Assembly: GCA_009103225.1 (NCBI GenBank)
Contig: RHPI01000273.1
Coordinates: 1-64,000 of the forward strand
Length of the DNA: 64,000 bases
Direction: 5' to 3'
Source: Chlorokybus atmophyticus
Lineage: Eukaryota > Plantae > Mesostigma and Chlorokybus algae
The position numbers and the translations under genes were made by a program. This document shows positions 46,457 to 58,483 of the stretch, piece after piece; within the stretch, counting starts at the first letter, position 1; each line of letters starts with the position of its first letter. The notes below the pieces were generated by a model that saw only the letters and a program-made list of their open reading frames with translations, searched no databases and was not told the DNA's origin.

Positions 46457-49400
46457 CATTGCCAAGCCTGGTACAGTGCTGTCATATGCAGGTGTTTATT
46501 ATTACACATCCAATGCACCCCAAGCGACAGACAGTTCGAAGGACGCATGAAGAGCACAGCCCAACATTCTAACTCATTGCACACCACCTACTCTATGATG
46601 GCCATCACGAGCTATACACGCTGCTCTGCACAAGCTGAGTTGCAGAAGGGACAGCTATCCAAACCACTGGCAGGGAACGGACATGTGCATGCACCCGCGC
46701 ATCTGCCCACTCAAACGCTGTTGGCAATGCAACCACAGCGCCATCGAGCACTGCCAGAAACGCAGCATCAAGTACCTCACACAATGTCAGTTCACTCATA
46801 GTAATTAGACAGGTAAACAACACTCACCATCCTCAACATGAGCACCAGCTAAACCTCCTGCTGCACGTGGATGCACCTGTGCATTAGCAAAGACACAGCA
46901 CAGACTATTGTGACTATTAGCAGATATGTCAGCATTGCCACAACTACAAGACCACAATTTCACACAATGCAGCCACACAGATTGCATGCTCATCACATAG
47001 AAACCGCCAGTGCATGCAGTTGCGTGACATTGCCAACTCAACACCACTGCGCATACATCATGCGTACGGGACACCACTTACCAGGATTTGCAGACATGAC
47101 AGGGTGCCATCCTCCTCCTTTCACCGCAAGGGGGGGGGGGGGGGGGGGGCGNTCAGCATACCCATCGTCGCCGCCCTGCAGTGGATGCATGCTCCACTGC
47201 CCAATCTCAAATGGCACCCACTCGGTGTCATGCCATTGTTCTACCTAATGCCGGCGACGTCCAGGATCCATGTCACAAGCAGTATTAATCACCCAGCGCG
47301 CAAGCACAACCCCCCCTACCACATGCTCCACAACTAATAAATCACTGCTTACATGCATAGGCACCCCGCCAGCTCGCCTAACTTTATGAAAACTAAAACG
47401 AAAACGAAACCCACCAGGCAACTCCACATGAAGCTCTCTCACACCCTCCGGCAAAGAGACCCTAAAACCAAATATCTGCACCGGCCAACCCAGCGATACC
47501 TGGTGAGAATAGACCACTCAGCTAGCAACCAAATCTCGCGCATGCATCAGCATTACAAAATTATGAGCGCAACGCAGTTTCAGCACAACAGGCGACGCTC
47601 ACCTGCTCGTAGGCCGTCTGATAAAAAGAACGGCTGCGGCTGATGGATGGCAGTGGACCACCAAGCAAGAATGTGACAGACTTGTGGGCGTTGGCGCCGT
47701 CAACGCCGTGCGCAGCCATGACGACCACAACAATATCCGCGCTAACAACGCCGCCGCCATGGACACAATGGCCTGCTAAAACATACACAAAGCCAAGTCT
47801 GTCTCCCCAAGATATCCTCAACAAGACATTTAAAAGCACGGAAGCACGGACCCGGCTGATGTTTTGCTCACACAATCAGTGCTGAACCACTTTCAACAAC
47901 TGATCTAACACCGATTCAACGGCGTGCTCAACCGCCTATACACTGCTCACAAACAACACCAAGCCAAGCCGCACAACAGCTAACGGCACATCGACATGGC
48001 ATCAACAACGGTGTACAGCGCTCAACCAACACTGATCAACCAGCGCTGAACACGGTCACTAAATTATGCATATGCATGGTTTATAAAACAATATCAACAA
48101 ACACAATTAGTGCTAAATCGACGCATATCGATGCGTTACTACAAAGCAACGCGACCTACTTCGCCCACACAAACACTGATCGGGCCGGCATAAGCTTTGC
48201 CCGAGCAAAAGGCGACCGGCTTTCTCACTGATTACGTCGACGCCAAATTCTCAGCGTCGTCGAAGATTCGGTACTTACGATTGTCACCGGCGGAGTGCCA
48301 TTTGTGACAGGCTGTAACATTATAAGGTTGTAACATTCGACTACAGTCATAACATATATACGGATCCGCCGTGAAGTTTATTAAATCCGCAATTTATATC
48401 TGGCTCCGTCCATTACAAAGTTGCGGATCCACCCTAAACTTCCAAAACCCATTTCCACCGGTGTTGTGGCTATGAACATGCGGTGTGTCAGGTCGGGAGA
48501 TTAGCATGTCACATGCTGCTTTTTTACCAATACCAATGGTATAAATGCTAAGATTCATCCTTGAGAGGGATCAGTACACTAATTACTACAGCAGTGTGCG
48601 TTCGTCTTGCAAGAGGGCCACTTGTGCGTGGAGTGCCTGGTTATTAAATGTTGAAGGGGCTCTTCCCCTTATCCTTGTGGGGTGTGGTGTTGTGTACATG
48701 AGTGTGGGTGTGTTGAGCGTGTGTGCGCCTGAGGCTAGAGCTGAGTGGAGAGACCGGTGGTCATCCTCTCCGCCTGTGATCCAGAGCTGCAATATCCCGG
48801 AGACATGCGGCTTTGGTTACGCTGGTGGTACTTCCATCCGTAAGTCTTGAGTGCTTGTGCATGAGTTTGCCGTGTCGACCAACAGGTAAGTGAGTGGTAT
48901 CATTAAAGCAAGATAGTAAGGTAAAGGCTAACAGTTGGTCCGCATGTATTGTAATAAAAGTGACATATTAAAGCCGTCATTATTGGCAGCTGTAGCGGAT
49001 TGCATTAATCGCCGTTGAAACGGTTTAAGGTAGTAAGCAATTTATCTGTGATGATTACAATGTCGAGCAAGCTTGTTCAAAAACCAGTCCTCCATTAACG
49101 AGGCTAATTTAATGGACCCCTAATTGAAGGCATGTAAGTTGTTTATACAGACAGATTACCATAGACATAAAGACAGACATGCAATATAGTGCCGCAATGC
49201 GACGCAACAGCACCCAAATTTACATAAACTCTGATAACCACCCATACCCATGGAGGTGAGGCTACGAAACCTCCCTTGCCTGAGGACTATGCATACTCTA
49301 TAGCTATAGCATGTATACTTTATATACTCTATAGCTATAGCAAACTTTAAAACCACACTATATGTATACTCATGATTTTACAGAAGTACATACACTGTAC

Positions 49401-49663
49401 CATTGTGTATGTACTTTCCTTATTTCGTTCATTATGCCTGGTAATATCTGTCTTGTAACATGTAGAAAGATATCATGCTTAAGGATATTAGCAATGCGGT
49501 ATTTGTGCGATTACCCTCATGCCCCACCCCTCTTACCTATATAAGTTGTACAATATTATAACACCCTCAATTACAACACGAAGGGGACTTTCTTTATAAG
49601 CCCCCCGCGCATTTAGCCCTACAACAACACTTCATTAAATTAGGTGGAGCGGCGAGGAGGGGG

Positions 49664-49758
49664 CCTGGCACCGACGACAACTTTGCATGTACCTTGAACA
49701 CTTTTAGGGTTACGAGCACATGATTAGGGTTGCTTACGATCAGTTGCCCGCGTCAAGT
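49664..49758 (+). repeat. 95-bp exact copy of 43860-43954, ending at a single N
   Basis: CCTGGCACCGACGAC...GCCCGCGTCAAGT is identical at both sites; N at 49759. Confidence 0.95.
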
Positions 49759-50300
49759 NAAGGAGGCTCCAACTTGTATTCGAATGAATACGGTGTGTGC
49801 GGCAGACACACTGCAAGTCCTCCTAATAGGAGCCTCCTTCCCTCAGGATCGGATCCTGAGGAATACATTACCCATTTTAGTAAATGTCTCCCCCCCGCTG
49901 GTCAAATTTCGATTGGCTCCGTGCCATGTCCCTGTCACGGTACACGGCCCTGCACCCCCCCACGCCCACATACTGAAACCTGAATCGGCGCCTGACACGG
50001 AGCCTTCAGTCAGGCCCAGGCGGCGGCCCTGGCACGGGTGGCAGGGAGACAAAAGCGAAGAAAGGAAAAGCGCGTGCATCAAGAAACAAGGGACAGGGCC
50101 TGCCAGAGGAACGTGTTGGAATTTGAAACGGTGATCTTTGGGGGGGGCCACTGTAGGTGATGCTGATATGATCGTTGACGTCAACAGCAACAACATGCTG
50201 GATGATGCCGCCGCCACTGCCGCTGCCGCCGTAGAGGAGGGCGGCCAGGTAGGTGCGGTCGTAGAGGACCGTTGTAACCTGAAGGTTGATCTGCAGCAGC

Positions 50301-52104
50301 ATGTCGCTGCTGCCAGCAGCAGGGCAGCAGAGCAGCAGCGGCCAGCGGCGGTCGCCTGTGGTCGCCGTCGCTAGCAGTAATACTAGTAACACAAACTCTC
50401 CAACCGAGGCGCCAACCTTTGCACAATTGTTGTCGCCTTCCTCTGACGGTATGTGTGTTGGGGGTGGGGAGGGGTGTGTTGGTTACATGCACACATTGGT
50501 AGCGTGTCCTCCATGGAACGCGCGTGACAACGTGTTTGGAGTATGTTTGGAGTATGTTTTCACAGTTTGTGTCTGTTGGCATGGCAGTGCCTGTGTCGTC
50601 ATGACGGTAAACCGGTACCAGAGCACCAACAAGCACAGTAAAGCCACCAAACAGCATGAGTGCAACCGCACCACAACATCCACAACGCTACTTTTCCCCA
50701 AAAAACTGCCCATCCACCACCGTAGTCAAGTGCCACACACAACACCTCATGCAGGTAACAGCATGCACGCACCTCCCCAAACAAGCGCCGGTTCCGGTCT
50801 CGTGCTGAGTATCACACACACACACGCTCGCACACGCACGCAAGCGTGCAACTTCTTGCGACATTTAGAGCGTGCACACGCTCGTGCACACGCACACACA
50901 TACACATGCTAATATGCACACGCGCGTGCACGTGTACAACTGCAACATGACATAGTCAACGACCCCAACATATGCGCAAGAGTGTTGGGTTACACATACA
51001 TGCACACTGACTTCAACTCTGGCATGCTTCACCTGCTTGTCTGTGTGCAGAGCGGAGGCGTGCGGGGACACGTATCATCGCAGCCATATGGGGGTCGCCA
51101 TCTACCCGCATTGCCACATTACTCCTCCTCGTCGCCCCGCTGCTCGCCATCCTCCTCTTCGTCCACCACCCGCCACGCGCCCGCATCACCACCAGTATCC
51201 ACAAGTTGGATGTGGACACGCTGTCCGCTGCCGCCGCCACTGCCTGCGAGGCCAACAACAACGACCTCACGCGTGTGCTTTCACCCAACAACAACAACAA
51301 CAACAACAACAATAATGTTAGTGAGGCCACGCTTGCGAGGAGGCCACATTTTCTTCCCGCATGTGGGGTGTCGCCCGTGCCGGGCTTGAGGGGGACAGGT
51401 TGGGGCATGAGTGTGTTTGATGATGTGGGTTTGCGCCGCGCGCACGACGTGTACACCCACTCTTCTCCCCCTCCCAAGCTCACAACGGACTACGTGAAGG
51501 ACGCCCCACCCTTGTCTGCGGTGCTGAAGAATGTGTGCGTGCGGGCGATGAGGGGTTCAATGTGGCAATACGTGTTCATTAAGCGGGACGAGGCGTGGCT
51601 TAATGAGGACCCGCAGTTGAAAATGTCCGGACCCGAGTGGAAGGAAATGTACCACTCTTCGCACACGCCGAATATTGTGTTCGCGGCTCGACCCGACCCG
51701 GGCGCAGTGTGGGTTTCGGGTATCACGCTGAGGCTTCGCGTGAGCGTGTCCAACCCCAACCACCACATGTTGGAGAACATACTTCATCAGAGTCTCATAC
51801 AGCTCCCCGAGTTTACGAGCAAGTTGGGTGGGAATGTGGCCCACTTCCTCGCAGGTGAGAAGTTCTTCCGGCTGCGTGAACCCGAGTACGCGTTGGCTTC
51901 GCACCTCACGCGCGTGGTGACGACGCTGTCGCCGACAGCTGACTTGATCACACTCGGCGAGGCGGGCAACATGGTGTGCTTCGACACGCTCGTGGCGAAC
52001 CAGATGTGGATCATAGTGTTGGGTAGGGAGAACCCGCGAGACCGCGTGTACACGCCGGAGCAGGTGCGCGCACACACGCACACGTGCGCGCGCACGCATG
52101 CACG

Positions 52105-52152
<48 letters not shown>

Positions 52153-53189
52153 AGCTATGAGTTGACACTTTACTGTCCAGGTGTCAGAGGCGATTGCTCG
52201 CTTCCGCGCGGCCACATTCGCATACTTGCGCGTGCCTTTACCGCGTCTTTCCCGCCCCCTTGCTGGCGAGGAGTTGCGAGTGTCCGTGTACGCGCGAACC
52301 CACGTGTTCCACCGCTCCCTCTCCAACCCGTGCGAGGTGGCCGCGGGAGTTGTGGCTGCCTTGCGCACGCCAGGTGGACCCGATGTTAAAGTCCACATCA
52401 CAAATCTTGATAAGGTGGAAGCAGCCAGCATCGCGTGTGATGCTACTGAGCACCCCAATCGGCATCCGGAGTTCAGGGACCAAGTGCTCGCTTTTGCCAA
52501 CACGGACGTGTATGTTGGAGCACACGGAGCACAGGGCGCCCTTGCACTGTACCTACCGCGCTGCGCGGCCTTCCTCGAGGTGAGGGCATACACGCACGCA
52601 TGCAGACACGTACATGTACTTCTGCACACACGCACATCTACAAGCATAGATTTGTGCACTCGCATGCATGCATGTCTCTGCGTGTGTGGGTGTGCCACAC
52701 ATGCACACGCGCAAGCACACGTGCAGACGTGCGCTTGCACTCACAGACACGCAGGTCTGCACGGATGCATGCACACACATGCACAGATACGCGCATACAC
52801 AACATATCAACAAGCATCTCACACATTGTGCTTGTGTCGCGCACTAGATTGATGCGGACTGCCCTAAGGGCCACTGGTCCGCCTCCGCTTTATACGCTCG
52901 CGCTCTCGGCCTTCACGCCTCTTTCCGTCGCGCCAACGACGTGACCTCTACGGGCGTGCGCGTGTCTCACGTCCCTCGCGACTTCAGCTCCAGGTTGGGT
53001 TTCCCGCCCGGCAGCAACGTGTCGCAGACGTGCCAGGGGTTCATTAGCACGATGGGACACAAGGGGAGTCAATTTACTCCTGACTTCAGAGCGCGTGGGG
53101 AAGATGTTGGTGAGTGGACACGCCGGGCGGTGAGCGAGTGGTTTGATGCACGCGCGCAAGATCGGTTGTTGTCCACTTGCGTTGGGTAA
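50301..53189 (+). CDS. Glycosyltransferase family 61 (DUF563)-like type II membrane protein
   Basis: Predicted exons 50301-50448, 51049-52072, 52161-52579 and 52850-53189. TM segment IATLLLLVAPLLAILLFV, a poly-Asn stem, and the GT61 motif FRDQVLAFANTDVYVGAHGAQGALALYLP...FLE. The start exon is uncertain. Confidence 0.75.
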
Positions 53190-54053
53190 CAAATTTGTCG
53201 CCACATTGAAGAAACATCAGCAGTTTTGAGCAGTACTGGAGGAGGGCTTGGTAGAGATGAATGCGTAGTGTAGACCTGCATGCCTGTATGAAGCGCTAGT
53301 GTACAGAGTAGCGTAGATGAGGTTGGCAGTGATTGCTTGCGGGGGGGCTGAAGGAGAAGGGCCCAGCAAATGGGTAGCGTCTCGTTACCCAGAATAAAAC
53401 GTGATACCCTTTGAGTGCCATTAGGAAGCAGCGGTAAGCAAGCAGCTGCAGAGGAACAACTTGCTCTCAGTTGGACGCATTACTTGAGAGTATTGTGCTG
53501 ATGATACATCTCTGTGTACATTTCCTTGCGCCATGCCCATTGTTTGCTGCTCACAACCCTGCCCTGCTTCTCCCCAGATATCGCGCGCACGCATGTAGCC
53601 TAGCAGCCCCTGTAAGCTAATGCAGTGGTACAGTTACTTGCTATGCAATGTGCGGGTGATGCCATTGGTTGACTGCGTGCCATGTTGGTTTCGGTACATC
53701 TGCACCATGCTGCAGTATGCGCTACCCAGTACCCTGCAGATACACAGACTGTGTTTTTCGGTAGTGCTAGGCTATTGCCGCGCAAGTGATATCCCGCCCA
53801 TGCATGTGTGTAAGGAGCAGTAAGTAAGGCTTGTACCAGCAACACGCCGCGTTGTCAGTCCAAGCTTGGTAAACGACCTTTCGTGCTAATTACACATGCT
53901 GTATGTGTGGAATCCACAATGCAGACTCGATGCACATCACTTCAACGTGCTGCACGCATGTGCAGTCGCCTCGTGCAGCATATAGCTTAGAAATTACATG
54001 CTTGACTTAGGGCAACCAGACTGTACACTGTCGCAAATAATGTCGCATGTGCG

Positions 54054-57000
54054 CTACGACAGTCTGTGGCTATCACTACGCGCTTGTGCCGTCTCTCGTT
54101 CTGGTTGCACTCCACTACTACTTCTTGATTGCGTGGATCTGGTCTCATCAGCCGGTGAAGGGCCTAAAGGTTGTGAAGTTGGCACTGTGTTCTTCGCGTG
54201 GTACTGCAACCTCAGCAACAGGGAGTTGGCCATAACAGCCACAGAACTCAAACCCATCATGCCGCCAGCTATTGATGGAGTCAACATGAGGCCCGCTGTT
54301 GGAAGCAATGCTCCCGCTGCCACTGGAATCCCAATCTGCAACAACAATGCAACATCAACATACAGATAACACAACATCAAAACATGATACAGTATGTTCT
54401 CAGACCCAACTTTGTAGGCTGTACTGACAGACTTGTATGACAAACCCAATACACAGAATCTCACCAGATTATATGTGAAGGCCCAGATAAGGTTTTGTCT
54501 GATCTTCGCAAAAGTGGCTCTGCTGAGTGAAATGGCATCCAGGACTTGTGGCAATCGGTTGCCGGCAAGCACGATGTCGGCGACCTGGGCAGCAACATCC
54601 ACGGCGGTGCCGACAGCGATGCCAACGTCCGCACAGGCCAGAGCCGCAGCATCGTTCACACCATCGCCGACCATAGCAACAGAGCGTCCGCTGCTCTGAA
54701 GCTTCGACACAACCTGCGCCTTGCCCTCTGGTCGCACACGCGCGTACACATTGTTGGCAGGGATACCGACGGAAGCAGCCACATGCTTGGCCACTGACTC
54801 TTTATCACCTGATACGCAATAGTTAAGAGGAATGACATCAATTGTGTTCACCAACTGGACAACTGCTTCACTTGATGTCACACACCTGACAGCATGATGG
54901 TGTTTAAGCCCAGCGCTTGCAACCCGCGCACTGTCTCAGCCGCACCTGGGCGCACCTCATCAATTATCTCAAAGGCACCAGCCAGCTGTCCATCAACCCC
55001 GATATACACAACGGACGCCGTGTCATCATGCGTGCTGGGCTCGTTGCCTGTCACGCCTTCTTGTCGCAACCACTCCAACGTGCCAACAACAACTTCCCTC
55101 CCACTCACTGTCGCCTTGGCACCTGACCCGGGCTCCTCGTGAAAACTGCCACCGGCCACACGCCACTCGCCTGAAATACACACACACTTGCATGAAGAAG
55201 AGTCAAAAGCTCACGCAAAGAGATACGCAGGAACCCACACATTACCGACCTGTGGCGCCATTGATGACAGATGGGTCGTCATCATGTGGGTGTTCGGCTG
55301 CAGCTGCCACAATTGCGCGTGCAACAGGATGAGAGGTTTGTTGTTCAACAGCTGCTGCTAACCCCAAGAGTGCATTCTCATCAAGCGGAGACTCTCGTAC
55401 AGTCACCACACGGCTGACAGATGGTCGTCCTGACGTAAGTGTGCCTGTTTTGTCAAACACAACAGTATCCACCTTGGACGTGCGCTCAATAACATCACCG
55501 CCCCTGATCAACAGCCCTCTCCTGGCACCCAATGCGCTGCCGACCAACACAGCTGTGGGAGTGGCCAAGCCCAACGCGCACGGGCACGCCACCACCAATA
55601 CATTGCACGCGAGCTGTATTGACAGAAGCAATGGGGATGTCGCACCCGCTGCTGCCAGCGCTTCTGGCAACAACTTAGTGCCGACTGTTTGCCAGAATGC
55701 AAAAGTCGCGGCGGCTGTGGCCATGACGCCATAGCAGAAGTTGCCAGCCACCTGTGATAAACAAGAAGCACAACATTACCACCAACCTCCACCGTGGACA
55801 CCATGTGCTGGTGCTATGCACCAAAAGCATTCACAATCTTACCTGATCAGCTAACCTTTGCACTGGTGCGGGCCTGGCTTGTGCATCCTCAATCATGCGC
55901 ACAATGTCTGCTAATGCAGCTTCACCGCCTGCACGGGTGGCCTCCACCACTACAGCACCGCTGTAATTCACTGTGCCCGCCTTCACTTCATCCTGAAATC
56001 AACAGCTTGCCGCTGAGTGTTTCTTGCATGCTTACAGCAACAAGCTTTATTGTTGCTTTTCAACATACCCCTGGGCCTTTGGCAACAGGGATGGCTTCCC
56101 CTGTCATTGTGGATTCATCAACAGACGACCGGCCTGACTGCACAATGCCGTCCACCGGTATGCGATCCTGCATCAACGCAATGTTGAGAACTGAACGGGT
56201 GAAACAACTTGTAAAAGGGAAGGAAGACAATCCTGGACAGCATTGCTCGCACCCCAGGGAGGACGAGCACTGTGTCACCCTTCCGGATGTCTGCAGTTGG
56301 CACTTCCTTAGGCTTGGTTGATGCATTGAGATCGGACTTATTGGCACCAGTGAGCAGGCGAGCGCGCGCAGGGAGAAGTGTGAGTAGCGAGGTCATGTCT
56401 GAGGAAGCTTGCAGCTTGGCGCGCTGCTCCAGTGCGCGACCGAGCAAGACAAAAGCCAACAGCATGACAGGTTCCTCGAAGAATGTGTGCCACCCAAGCT
56501 TTGGCAGGAGTGCAGCAGCTGCACTGACAGAGAATGTTGACGACACGCCCAACGCAACAAGCGTGTTCATGTTGGGTTGCCCTCTCCGCAACGAGAGCAC
56601 ACCATCCTTGAGGAGCGTCCGCCCCGGGCCAAGAATGGCAAACACGGACAGCACAAAATGAAACGGCGTGGAGTGCAAAAACCCAAGCCACTTGGGAAGC
56701 GTCCAATGCAACATGTGCGCTGCATGGCTGACAAGCGAGACACCCGCCAGTGTCCATGCCATCGCAACATCCCGCGCTGCAACAACCAAGCACACATTGT
56801 TATCAGTTTGACATTTCTGTCAATGTATGAACGCGCCACTCTCACTCACTGCTTTGCTGCAGCTGTTTCATGCGCTGTTCTTGCTTGCTTTGCGTGATGT
56901 GCTGCCTCTCCTCAGCAGTTTCTGTGTCTTGCCCTACATGACACACATGTTGTGTCAATATTAGATGCAACGTCAACACTGCCCCATGCGACTGTTGCCA

Positions 57001-58289
57001 TTCAGCCCACAAAAAGTGAGGCAGAATGAGATACTCATGCCTGTAACAAGTACCTCGGACACGTGATGCATACCCGCGTCGAGTAAGTTCCTGCGCCAAG
57101 GCCTCACCCGCTCCAGCTGAACCGGTTTCAACATCGCGCGTGGTGCTGAGCTCCACCTGTGCCGTCTCTGTGGCGAGGTTGACATTGGCAGAGAACACGG
57201 TGGGCTGGTCTTCAAGTATCTTTTTCACTGCGGCAGCACATCTATCTAGAGCCAACATTAAATGGTATCAGTTAAAACTGCATGTGCCTCGACAGCGTCA
57301 AAAGGTCGTTCATGGTAACACAACAGTAATAACACACCCGCTGAACCCACCCGCCGCACTTCATGCCACCAACATCCAGCAATACAATCACCCCACTGCC
57401 TCCATCTGCGCCCTTGTCTGATTCGCGCGTGCTAGCTGTGGCAGTCGACCCTCTTTGCCATCTGCCAACAAACGACAAATATGTATCAGCTTGAATAGCA
57501 AACACAAACGCGCGACCTCAAGCAATATGGAGATAGTGTTTACTATTCGCATTCAATGCTGCTCCAGTCACTTCACGGAACATGACTTGACGCACGCAGA
57601 GTCGCTTGGGCCGAACACCAAACTGTGAGACAACCCCGAACAGATGCGGAAGCCTGCATGTAGTACCTGTACCTCAAATAGCATTCAAAGAAGCGCGCTG
57701 CAATTGTACAATGCCGGCTGCCATGAAGCCTGTAATAACAACTGGAAGGTCTACAATGGCTTGAGGCATCCTCGTGAACATGTAAGTATATGCACTAGCG
57801 TGCACCGCGTGAGGATGCTAACATGAGCAAGCTCGCAAATGCACGCAAGTTCTTGACGCCAGCATGCACTTATACACATTGTAATTGACCTTTATAAGAA
57901 CCAAGAAGTTCTCACCTGTCCCCACCTCCTCCTCCGCCTCCTCCGTTGCCAGCAGAGCCTGCGGAGCCGCCCCCGCCACCCAGAGCTGCTTGAACCGTCC
58001 CGCCTGAGGAGAACACAGCTCCGCTCAGCAGCCGAGCAGACCTGTAGTCTAAAGGACGTCCGATTCGCCAGAAGCCCCGTGGAGAAGCAGCAAGAGCAAG
58101 CGCTAGATCGCCTCGTCCTCCTCCTCGTCGTGCTCCGCCTGCACCATCTCCAAACCGCATGAATGAGGCGCCGGACAGGGCTGCAGCCATGCGGCTGCAC
58201 GGCCTGGCTCGCAACAGGGAGGAGCACGCGCATCCTCCCAACCCCACGGCGCTCGGCCGCAGGCCCAGCGTCGCCGCCGCCGCCGCCAT
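54054..58289 (-). CDS. PAA1: Chloroplast copper-transporting P1B-type ATPase, PAA1/HMA6-like
   Basis: Transit peptide with a poly-Gly stretch, HMA domain DVGGMKCGG|CAAAVKKILEDQP, PNMNTLV, FFEEPVML, TGE, CPCALGLATP, DKTGTLT, SHP, VGDGVNDA, LSSVAVMANSLLLR. The poly-Gly stretch favours PAA1 over PAA2. Confidence 0.88.
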
Positions 58290-58483
58290 GGCTAGTAACA
58301 AGTATCACGTAGCATACCGAACCTGCCTGATAGTCCCAAACCAGTCTCAAGCGTGGTCCCGGAGCTTGCCAGCGGACAAATCCGGTCCTGGGTCGTGCTA
58401 GGCGTGTGGTGGTGGTGCTGATAGCTGCTGACGTGCGACACGAGGTTGCGGAGGTGCTCGGCGTCGTCGGCGGCGCGGACGCC

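Noticed and set aside
48545-48890. Possible 3' LINE remnant
   Set aside because: Only a vague coding-like stretch, with no RT or endonuclease motif and no tail.
58286-58401. CCATGG acting as overlapping start codons for two divergent genes
   Set aside because: The plus-strand ORF from 58288 is only 37 codons with no recognisable content; the LCAT start fits better at 58484.
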